From: the human T2T-CHM13v2.0 reference genome, Homo sapiens
Length of the DNA: 64,000 nucleotides
Direction: 5' to 3' (one strand)
Assembly (NCBI RefSeq): GCF_009914755.1
Contig: NC_060942.1
Below are positions 12,640 to 25,538 of this stretch, one piece after another (within the stretch, counting starts at the first letter, position 1; every line of letters starts with the position of its first letter). The translations under genes were made by a program, and so were the position numbers. Below the pieces are notes generated by a model. It was not told where the DNA came from. It worked only from the letters and a program-made list of their open reading frames with translations, and ran no database searches.

Positions 12640-12885
12640 CTTGTCTGAGCTTTAGGCCCATTTGTTTTACCTACTCAGTGTTTATATTGTGATGTCTTAC
12701 TGCATTTCAAACTGGACTTGTCCAACATGATCCCGTTCTCTTTCTAGTACTGTACACATCTTGTCAGCAAGTGTATGCTTCTGTACGGGGTGAAGTCTGA
12801 TTCTCATTTGTGTCTTCAATCACTAGAGCAGTTGCTGGCATGTAGTGGGCATTCAGTAAGTGCTTATTCATTGCATGCATTGAAA
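12640..12885 (+). mobile_element. L2 fragments
   Basis: catttcaaactggacttgtccaa; ctagagcagttgctggcatgtagtgggcattcagtaagtgctt is the L2 3' end. Confidence 0.55.
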
Positions 12886-13413
12886 AATAATTGAAAGGTT
12901 TCTCAGAGACCACTGAGGTTTCTTTTAATGGTGACATAATCTCTTCTTCTGTATCCTCAAGTATCTGCTTAGTTTTTGCTAGATTAGGAATTTGTTACCT
13001 CTTAAGGCAGTCCATTCTGTTTTTCAATTATTTCTGATAGTTTTTCCTCACACACAGTTGCTTCTTTGCATCTCCCCATCATATATCTTTTGGTGTGTAC
13101 ACTCAGGAGTTACACAGGACAAACATAATTCCTCTTCTGTAGGATGATCTTGTGAATACTTGAAGTTGGTTGTTACCCACTCTAACCCCACAGTTGTCTG
13201 TTTTATAGATTGTATGTTTCAGATCATCAGTGGTTCTTCATGTGGCATGGCACTTGCCCTGTTATGCTTTCATCTCCCTTGGGAAGGGTTTGTTTTTGAC
13301 CAGTGTTGTGGCTTTCTAGATGGACCCGTTATTATGAATGTGAGTCCTGTTTCTTTTACTTTTCATATTACGTGTACAATGTAGTTGAGAATTTTCATTG
13401 ATAAAGCTTTTCA

Positions 13414-13785
<372 letters not shown>

Positions 13786-14319
13786 TAGAACCCCCAAACA
13801 AGCCCAAATCAGGGAAAAAAATTGAAGGTGTTTTCTAAAGTCACCGAGGATGTCTTCTCAAAACTGATAAACACAAAGTTTTAGTGGTTATAGAAAGTGA
13901 AAAGTGCTTATTGTATGCGGTTTATTTTCTTTGACCATCAAATACAACTCCCGCCCCTCTGTTTTTTTGTATGTGTGGTTAGGAGTGATGGTTGAAGCTG
14001 GTTTATAGGAATGAAGGCTTAACGTCAAATTTACAACCTTGAGTAGATGTAGTATTTTTCTTATAATTTTGAAGGGAATCTGAAGGCTGAACCTGTATCT
14101 CTTAGTGTTTACCTCATCTCCCTGGCCTTTCTTTTTATTTCCAGAACTAATAAAAAAAATTCAGTTGAAATTTAATAATCTTAAATATACGAAAGTAAAA
14201 ATATTAGTTTATACTGGATATTTAAAATAGAAACGTGGGTTTTCAGTGCTCACCCTTTTAAATGATTTTAGATGGTCATAGTATAAACTGTATAAAATTC
14301 AAAATTTTAACAATTTAAA

Positions 14320-14550
14320 TTCAGTACATATTGACAGTCAGTAGAGCATTGATTATATCTTTAGCACTGTGCTTGGCCCCGGAAATAAAAATGTGGAGAG
14401 ACAGAAGTTCACCATGAACCAATAACTATAATACCAGGCAGGTGCTGTTAGAGAAATGTACATAAAGGTTCTGACAAGAAGAAAGAGGAGATTTCATTTC
14501 GCTTTGGGTGAGGGGTAGGACAAAGCCAGAGGAACCCCTAAGGTAAAGAT
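14320..14550 (-). mobile_element. L2 3' fragment
   Basis: gagcattgattatatctttagcactgtgcttggcccc...ataactataataccaggcag. Confidence 0.5.
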
Positions 14551-14602
14551 GACAGCACCTCTGCCCTCTTTATTCATTGTTACATCTGTTTTTCTTGACT
14601 GA

Positions 14603-14939
<337 letters not shown>

Positions 14940-17900
14940 TAATATGGTTGAGATGTTGTGTTATAGACCTTAGATTTGTACGATGTCTTTACATTGTAAG
15001 CTGTTTCCTGAGGAAACATATGTATGGCATATGCTATTATTGGAATAATTTTACTATTCTCTGAAGTTTCCCATCCTAAATAGAATTTTTCATATTTTGT
15101 CAGACAGGACTTGCTACTTTCCATGGTGAGATATATTGCTACCATATACATGGAGTACTTTGAAATTTCCCATTTTGTAAAGTTGCTTTTTTTTCCTTTT
15201 AGATAAGAAAATAATCATTTAATGGCATTGTTAGTGCTCCAGAATCATACCACTAGCTAAAATCACAAACATTCAAAAGGGAGTATGTTGAATATATAGT
15301 CCAAGGATATAGAATGGCCTTTCTTATGATAGAACCGTGTATAATCACCGTAGTTGGTAAAAGTATTTGGACCTGCTATATTGCCACATCTACCAAGAGG
15401 AAATTCATCTAAGATTATGAGCCCTTTATTATTGACACTTTGATTTAAATTCTAAAATATTCTTCCCAAGTTCATTATGTCTGGGATGGCAACATTAATG
15501 TTTTCTGACAAAGATGGAAAGGGGACAGTAAACTGAAAGACACATTTCAACTTGTGGGTATTCTTGACTGGATGTCGAGTCAGTTGCTTTAAAGATCCTT
15601 GGATGTGTTAGTTAGCTCTATACCAAGCATGTAACTACCTGAAGGAACAGTTGACCCTGTTCTTGGCATTGAAAATTGTGGTCAGAAAATCAAGGGAGTG
15701 GTGAGTCCTCTGTGGGTTTCAACAGAGCGGGGCAGCAGGATTGTCCTCCCTTTTTTCTACGGCATTCTTGTGGCGTGGGTGGTACTTCAGCTTCGTAGTA
15801 GTGCCATGTCCATCATTCTTTTTCTAAAGATGATAAATTGTTTCAGCTTTTCAGTGTGGTCACACAGCCCTGGTTTAACATTTCTAGGCTAGTTTAGTTT
15901 TCTAAGGTGTGTAAGTAGCTGATACCTGGAAGTGATCAAAGCAGTTTGTCTTTTTTGTTTTGGTCACAGCTTACTGCAACTGAGAATTTGGTTGTTATGA
16001 TTCCATCTTGGATGCTAGCCAAGTCGGTTTTCTTATTTGATGTAACATAAGAACATATTACAATGGCTGTGCTGTTTTTCTATCTACAGTTCTGGGTTTT
16101 TTACTTATTTTGGTTTACAGTTTAAAAAAGACAAATTCAGTCTTGTTTCTAGTGGCATTTGTTAGAAAAATCTCTCATGGGTTGGCTTGGTGCACTTTTA
16201 TGCTGACAGGCGCATTTTCCATCAGGGCGATTGCGCTTTGTTGTGTGTTGTGTGCATGCTTGTGGTGTGCTGGGGGATCTTTCTGTGCATGTATGCACAC
16301 TTGTGTCTGGAAGAGATACGCGGCAGGTTCTTTTTCTGGTTTTGAGTGGATGGTGCTGGGCTCTAACATTTGCTTCTGCCTGTTCATTGGTTAGCTGTTG
16401 TTAGTATGTCCTTGCTAAACTACTGGTTTAGCTTTCTGAAGATGTAATTGTAACCAGGTGTGTGAGGGCAGGGTAGAAAGCAGTTTTATGGAGCTTTTGT
16501 TCTAATAGCATATAACAAATCACTGGAAATGTGAGTCATCAGCAAAAGGCTTTATAAAGCAAAAGGTAGAAAAATGTGCAGCATTGCAAATTTTCCTGGG
16601 TAAAAAAGTGGATATGGCAGTCAGAGACTTACGCTTTTGATTTGGGTTATTCTTTTATGTATATTTTTTGCAATTAATAATATCTTTTATAGTTTATAGG
16701 ATTCCATTTTCTTCCTCAGAGAAATAGGATTATTCTAGAACAACAAACTATTAGGTCTGATATTAAATATTTAAAACTAACATTTGCTGTGGGGTGGTTT
16801 GTGTTTGGTTTCTTTGACTAAACAGGATTAGAAATGTTTGAATTTCTTCTGTTTTTGCTCTGAAGAACACTTTATGTCTGAATTTTGAGATGCTATGCAA
16901 TGCTCCTTTTTTCTTCTCTTTCATACTGTTCTTATTTTAAAGCAAAGCCTAACCATGGGCTGTTAGCTTTGTGTCCCTTGTGTGAATGAATGAATCACAC
17001 TTGTAGAACATACAAACTATTTTTGCTTGAATACAACATTTATGATTTATGGCCAACATGTAGCCCTGATTTTCTGTTGAGAATGATCCTTATTGTCTTT
17101 GTATACTAACTCAGTGCAGAAGCACTTGTCTATTTTGAGCTAAACCAGACCTCTTGTAAAAAGAATCAAATTATTTCATCATGTTGAAAATGAAAAGCTA
17201 TAATTACTTGTAATTAGGCTTCAGAATTTTTGAAAATTGAGGAATTCTTTTCCAGAGGTTTAAGATCACTCCAAATCAGTGCCTTTGAAAAATAGGAAAT
17301 AATTTTCTGTTCAATTTGAAATTTATTTAATTTATGCCTTTGACAGCTATTTTGCTTTGATATTTTTGTAGTGAAAATCATAGAACTGTGGTTGTTAGTG
17401 CTATAATGTTTTCTGTGATATCATATATTAGTATGTTCAAAACTTGGTCTCCTGCTTTTAATAAGTTTCTGTAAAGTCTGGGTTATAAAAGATGCTAAAT
17501 AATTATTGTTGAGCTCCACAGATTAACAGCACTTAAGGAGTTTTGTAGATCTTTTCAGAGGCCTCTAAATTTTTCAAAAGGAAAAAGTAAGGATTTTTTT
17601 TTTCCAGGGTAACAGATTATCCCCCTACCCCACAAGGTATTGGGAAATCTGTATATATTTGTGTAATTTGTATTTTAAAAACAGCTTTAAGGGAAAACAT
17701 TTTTTTAAAAATTTAATTTCTTAGATTGAATTTCAAAAGTTAAATATAACATCTTTCTATGAATCCTATTGACTAATTCTTAGAATATATATTTAAAAAG
17801 ATGAATACTTACGAAATAGTAAAGTGCTCTGGATAAATTTTGTTTCATAGCTACTGTCCGGTATTCCCAAACGCACCGAGTCACGTTCAGTTATAAGCAC

Positions 17901-18684
17901 AATTCAGTGGGAAACTTTGTTCTCTAAAGAGCGTTCTTTTTGAGATTTTACAGATTGTAAACTGAGTATCGTACTGTAAACCGAATTATTTGCATGTAAT
18001 AATTTGAAAAGCACCTGACAATTAGAATGGACTTAGTTTAATCACAGTTCATGGAAAACTAAGGAGTAAACTGACTTTACAGGAAGCTTCTGTGAATGGC
18101 AAAGGTTGCCTCTTTGTTTAATGAATTACCTTCACGTGAGTTCGAACTTTAGTTATCTAGTAATTTTCCCTTTGGAAACCATCTGAGCCATCTCCCAAGA
18201 ACATATCAGAACTCAGCAGGTGGTATTCCTTCTTGTCATTTTTATGGCCTTTGGAGGAAATGTGTTTGACTATAAACCTACACTTTCTTCACCAGTTTAT
18301 TTAATTGGAATGCTGAAAAAAAACCTGATCAACTTAACATTATTTATTGTTTTCTGTTTTTTAAACTTAGAGACAGTGTGGCACTCATCATAAACATTTT
18401 ACTATAACAGTAACTTTAAAGTTGTCAAAACTATATAATTTTTTGTTAGCTTTTTTCTTTTCTTCACATTATATAATTAGTAATAGAAAAACTCAAAGTC
18501 TTAAGGATTATAGAAGGTTGTTTTTATTATAAAGGTCAGGGAGATTATGATTGCTGTTTTAATTGTCTATTTTTTTTCAGGGAATATGAAGTATAATGCC
18601 TTCTGTTATCATGGCTTTAGGAGGAATTCAGAATTGATATAAATAAGTAGACATTGAAACACCCACGTGAAGAGATGTGGTTAT

Positions 18685-19395
18685 GTGTTCATCTGTACTT
18701 TCAAAGTATATTCAGAGCCCAGCTGCTCACCATCTATCCTGGCATCCCCCGGTCCTGGCACTGTCTTCCTTCTCCTATTACTGATATAGGTCTCCTGCTC
18801 AATGGCTGACCCTCTGTCCTCCCTCCTCAGCACCATCACAGTCTTGATCTTTTTCAGGCATGTGCAGGCCATGTCACTTCTGTGCTCAGCACATTGTTGT
18901 ACTGTGTGAAAAGCCAAAGACCTTCCAGTGATCTCCAGGCCCTCCATGACCTGATGCCCCTGACTATTCCGGCTGTTCTCCCGGGACACCCCACCTCACT
19001 CACTCGGCTGCAGTCACATGAGCTTTTTGCTCCTTCTTGAATATGTGGCGCATGCTCTCTCCTTAGCTCCTTTACTCTGTTGATGCTCAACTGAGTGCTC
19101 TCCATCCATGTGGCTAATTCTTCCCCTCCTCTGAGGCTCCACTCACATGCCGCCTTCGAAGTGCCACCTGGTTGCCCACTCTGTTGCCCCCATCTCAGTG
19201 CTCCTGTTTCCCTTTGCCCCCATGGCATTGATTTTCTAATACACTGTGCCATTTAGTTATCTGTACTGTTTATTGTTTGTATTTTTTGTTATTTAGCTCT
19301 TCTTCGGGCATAGATCTTTGGGTTTTGTTTGTCCACTGGTTTCCCAAGGCACCTTGAAAAGTGCCTGGTATATAATCGGCGCTTAATAAGTAAAA
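18685..19395 (+). mobile_element. L2a 3' region
   Basis: tactttcaaagtatattcagagcc...catgtcacttctgtgctcagcac...aaagtgcctggtatataatcggcgcttaataagta. Confidence 0.8.
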
Positions 19396-20274
19396 AATCA
19401 ACATTTAATTCTTCAATCAAATGCGTTACATATAGGTATGGCTTCCATATAAATGAGCAGTAAGCCAGCCTTCCAGCCACTGTGCGAGTGCCATTGATCT
19501 TCCTTTGCTTTCTTTCACTTTGGGTTTTCCCAGTGTTCTAACTTGGGTTCCCCTTTCCCTTTAACATCCCTAGACTTTCTTTCTGGGCAATATAGGTTTA
19601 GAACTCCCTCCTTCAATATGTTTTGTTCTCTTCCAAATCAATATACAAACCAAAACTATTGTCATATTCTCTCAAATCTTTTCCATGTTTCCCAGTTCAC
19701 ACAAATGCATCATCTACTTCATAACCCCCATAACTCCTGGTGCTCCTGGTCACCCCCAGAATGAGGTTTTTATCCATTCATGTATCAGTGAAACTTTCCA
19801 CACTTCTGACTATTCTCTGTGGCACTGCCAGGCCCAGGTCTGTATTGTCCTTTCCTGGCCTGTTCATTGGCTCCTCTGTTCGCTCCCTGATCCAGTCTCT
19901 CTTCTCCATTGTTGCAAGATGTAAAACCTATATCTGATTCTGTCTACTTTGTATTAATTCTATGGTGACTCTTCCTTACTTGTAAAGGTAAAAGTTATTA
20001 ATGTGAAATGAAATCTTGTGCACAAGATGGTGTCAACCTTTTACTGAAAAGATTGTAAACCACTGTTTCTAACTCTGTAGTCATTATTTTGTTATAGATG
20101 CTTAGTGAAAGAAGTGATTCATGATAAAGTATGTTTGGAAAATGGTAGGTTAAACAAAGGTAAATTTTTTCTTTACCTTAGACCTTTTAATGTTGCAGTT
20201 TCCAATGTCTGTTGTCAAGAAAACAATAATTTATATATACACTGTATTATGTGTGGTACATAAATGTGTAAAAT

Positions 20275-20870
20275 GCTTCATTTAACAAATAATTATTGAG
20301 CACGTATTAGGTACCCGTACTTTTCTAGTTGCTGAGGATACAAAAGTGAATAAAACAGACCAAAATGCTGGTTCTCATGGAATTTACAATCTCTTGGGGA
20401 ATATGCACAATAAACAGAAGAAAATACTAAAATATGGCTGGTGTGGTGGCTTATGCCTATAACCCTAGTGCTTTGGGAGGCCAGGATGGGAGGATTGCTT
20501 GAGGCTGGGAGTTTGAAACCAGCCTGGGCAACATAAGGAGACTTTGTCTTTACAAAAAATTAAAAAGTTAGCCAGGCTTTATGGTGTATACTTGTAGTGC
20601 CAGGTCCTCGAGAGGCTGAGGCAAGAGGATCACTTGAACCTAGTATTTCGAGGATACAGTGAGCTATGATCACATTACTGCACTGCAGCCTGGGCAACAA
20701 AGTGAGACCCTATGCCTCAAACAAACAAACAAACCCCAGTATAATATGTAGTGTAAAGAATGGTGCTCTGTGTTAAGGAGGAAAGGTGTAGCATGAGGAA
20801 GGAGCTGGGAAGCGCAGGTGGCGGATGGATGGCTGCAGGCAGAGTGGCGGGAAAAGGACTCCTTGAAAAA
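20275..20870 (-). mobile_element. L2 3' end, interrupted by an AluJ
   Basis: ttcatttaacaaataattattgagcac...gctgaggatacaaaagtgaataaaacagac...tctcatggaatttacaatct. Confidence 0.75.
20436..20733 (+). mobile_element. AluJ
   Basis: Sense Alu dimer whose tail has become (CAAA)n. Confidence 0.92.
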
Positions 20871-21849
20871 GCCTCTGAGAGAAGAGATTTACTATATTAT
20901 CCTTTAATAGTTTTGGAAATCAGGTAGAAGTAGTGAGTTCTGTGTGTTTTTACCTTGTGAAAAATTGTAGCATTATATAAGGAATTAAACAAAGATAATT
21001 CAAGCCACTGTTAAATTAATATCTATATGTCTTTTCTTAAATTAGTGCTAATGGTCAGCATAACTCAAACTATTTCAGATTTGGAATTTAACTTGCACTC
21101 ATTTATTACAAAGTCAATACTCATCTTAGAAATTAAAAAGAATAGTAATTATAAGGTTTTCAAAGAAAAGTGCTAATGTTATGACCCATCTAACATCATA
21201 TGGTTTCAAGAATGCCATGAAAATGATTTTTTTACCTTATATTTATAGTTCATAGATAGCTTATGCTTCTTACTACTGTTAATTAATACTTTTGTAGTAA
21301 TTATAGAATGCTTTAAATATATATTATTCTGAATTAAAAAGATTAGGCTTTAAAAAATTAATTTAAAGGGATAATAGAACTGACCTGCACTTTAGTAAAT
21401 TCTTTAATAAAATGTTTTTTAAAAGACCATCAAAAGCTAGTTTTCTTTAGAACACTTTGTTTCTCTATGGAATACAAAGTTCCATATAGCTTTTCAGCCT
21501 CTATTTTCAAGTAAAATTTGATTATAGTTATGCTCTCAGCAGTCATTGTTTTCCTTAAAGGGTGATTGCCTTTGAGAACAGATTCCCTAGCAGCTTACAT
21601 CTCAGTTACACGTTGCAAGGTTGAATGTTATGCTAGCTACTGAAAAGAATACACAACAAATAAATTGTAAATAAAAGTACATAATCAAATATAGATGCAA
21701 AGTATAAGATATCTCTCTGGATGCATTGGATATAGGAGCCTAACAGATATCTATGGGAACATCTCAGCTCTGAGGTGAATTTCTTATGACTTGACAGTAA
21801 CTTTGTTAATGAATTGGGAGGCAGATCAAAATGTGATAATTCTGTGACT

Positions 21850-22740
<891 letters not shown>

Positions 22741-24365
22741 CTGTACCAACGTTTGAGAGTACATTCTTGTTATTGTTAGCTTGCGAAGAGTCATTGCATT
22801 GTCATCCCCTTGCATTGTGGTTGCAGTCAATGAAAGTTAGAAATAATTGATTGCAGCTGCATGGCTATTTAATGGCAATGCAAAGCAACTGTCCATATCT
22901 CTTGATTCTGCCACAAATGCTTTATATACTCACCATTTTATGTTTATGTGTTCTGAGTGATAGTATTGTGTTTTAGAAATCTCTAAGCAGTGTTGCCATT
23001 TAATCAAATCATTTATGGTAGGATTAGATAGAATTGAAAGCTTCCACTTCAGGATTTCCTTTCCACTGGCTTGCCTCAGGAGCTGAAGTTGCCCATGTCA
23101 AAAGGAAAATGTCTTACAAAGGAAGCATAAATCATTATGTTGTTCTGACCTTCATATTCCTTACTTTTTCAGAGATGCGGTATTTGTAGGTTGTGATGGC
23201 AGATAACAGCTGGGGGCTTGAGAGATAGGGCAGGACAGGTTCAGGCATAAGTGGGCCCAGGTGGGATGCTGCCATGGTGGGAACCTCATCCAGATGTCAT
23301 TGTGAGGACACTGGGCACCAAGCTGTGCAGGCAGTATAGGAAAATGTGGAAACAGACACCAAAAGGAGGTACCTCCGAAAACCTAACCTGGGTATGTGAA
23401 TTTTTTGCTTAGTTTACCTCTAAAAAAAAGCTAAATTGCCAAACGCTTGTGATGTTATCTTGGATCAATACCTGTTAACAGAGATACAGATTCATTATGC
23501 TAAACTTAAAAAAAAATTCTCCTATATATAATGGCACACATGGTTTCTTTGTTAAATTATGTCAACTGCATTCTTTAAGAGAAATTTTAGAATTCCCTAG
23601 ACTCTTAATAAAGGACCCTATGGAAGAATAATTCCTTTACAAGGAAACATGCATAAAATTAACAAAGTTAGAAAGATGTAATTAACCACATGGTTTCTTG
23701 AGATCTCAAGGGAAATAATACTAACACAATTAACAGAACCTACCTCATTAGAAATAAAAGAGAAAACATTTTGGGGGAAATGTCATCCAGCTGGATTAGT
23801 TTTTTTTTGTTTTTTTGGGGGTTTTTTTTGGTGTTTATTATTTTTGCCAGGAAGTTTAAAACATAATGGCCTTTTAGCCATTATGATATTTGATTATGTC
23901 TTATGATTTTGAAAATCAGAAAGAATGTTAGGACAGGTATCCATATCCTTGAGATTTGAAGTATTTGTGATTTCTTTTGGCAGTTGAAGAAAAATGGAGC
24001 ATAAAGTCAGGAAAATTTGTAGGACAAAGTGGCTTCCAAAATTTAGATCTATTTTTCTTGTATAGTTTAGCTAGCATTTCATTAATATTTTCCTGTATTG
24101 CCAAATAATTAGCAAAGTGGTAGTCATTAATTTACTTTGAGTACCCAATCATATATTAGCCTATTTTGATTTTTATTTAGAGTCAAACTCTTGGTTTCAG
24201 TTAGAGCTGTTTTTGGTTTATTGTCATACCTTGAGAAGGAATCTCATAATTAAAAATTATATTTTTAGTTGTTCAGCTTTTCAATACTTGTGGAACCAAT
24301 TTTTAAAAACCAATATTCTTCGTATGCTTCAAAAGAAGCTGAACTTTTTAATTGAAATTAGGAAA

Positions 24366-24682
24366 GGCCGAGCGCAGTGGCTCACGCCTGTAATCCCAGC
24401 ACTTTGGGAGGCTGAGGCGGGTGGATCACCTGAGGTCAGGAGTTCGAGACCAGCGTGGCCAACATGGTGAAATCCTATCTCTACTAAAAATACAAAAATT
24501 AGCTGGGCGTGGTGGTGTCTGCCTGTAATCCCAGCTACTCGGGAGGCTGAGGCAGGAGAATTGCTTGAAACCAGGAGGTGGAGGTTTCAGTCAGCCGAGA
24601 TTGTGCCATTGCACTCCAGCCTGGGCGACAAGAGCAAAACTCTGTCTCAAAAAAAAAATAATAATAAATAATAAAGAAAAAA
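24366..24682 (+). mobile_element. AluSq-like
   Basis: cacctgaggtcaggag and ggcgacaagagcaaaactc; A/(AAT)n tail. Confidence 0.95.
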
Positions 24683-25180
24683 ATTATCTTTTATATCTCC
24701 AACATTGAGTCTCTTTATATGTAATATTCCTTATTTTATTATAGTATTACCTTTTCTAAAACAGCCATTTATTGTTATCTTTTATTTCAGCACTTCATAG
24801 TGTTTGATCACTTTGGCTAAAATTTTTTTTGTTGTTTTTTACAAATTTTATTGATCTTTTCAAATAACTAGCTTTTGGCTTCATTGAGTCTTCTCTTTTT
24901 GTTCATTTTAAATTTTATTGATTTGTACTCTTTATTATTCCTTTCCTTGTATCTAATATATATTAATTTGCTATTCTTTTCCCCATTTCTGAGGATTAAA
25001 GTCTGAATGATTTATTTTAGACCTTTTTTCTTTTTCTAATTTAAGCATTTAAAGCGACAGAATTCCCTGTAAGCTCTGCTTTTGTAGTATTCAAGATAAT
25101 TTTTCTTGCTGTTTTGGGTGTTGTGATTTTTTATTGAATCATCTGAGGACCAGTATAGACTGAAGTAAATAATATTTATG

Positions 25181-25476
25181 GGCCGAGTTTGTCAGCTCAC
25201 GCCTGTAATCCCAGCACTTTGGGAGGCCGAGGCAGATGAATCCCTTGAGCCCTGGAGTTATAGACCAGCCTGGCCAACATGGCAAAATTCTGTCTCTATA
25301 AAAAATAGAAAAATTAGCCAGGTGTGGTGGTGCATACCTGCTGTCCCAGCTGCTAGGGAGGCTAGGGTGGGAAGATCACCTGAGCCTGTGAAGTCGAGGC
25401 TGCAATGAGCTGTGGTTGCGCCACTGCACTCCATCCTGGGTAACAGAGCAAGACTCTGTCTCAAAAAAATAAAAAA
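25181..25476 (+). mobile_element. AluJ
   Basis: Sense Alu dimer with ccttgagccctggag and gtcgaggctgcaatgagc. Confidence 0.92.
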
Positions 25477-25538
25477 TGTGTGCGTGTGTGGGTGTGTGTG
25501 TGTGGAAAAAAATATATATATACATACATATATATATG
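25477..25538. repeat. Imperfect (TG)n and (TA)n microsatellites
   Basis: tgtgtgcgtgtgtgggtgtgtgtgtgtg...atatatatatacatacatatatatatg. Confidence 0.9.
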
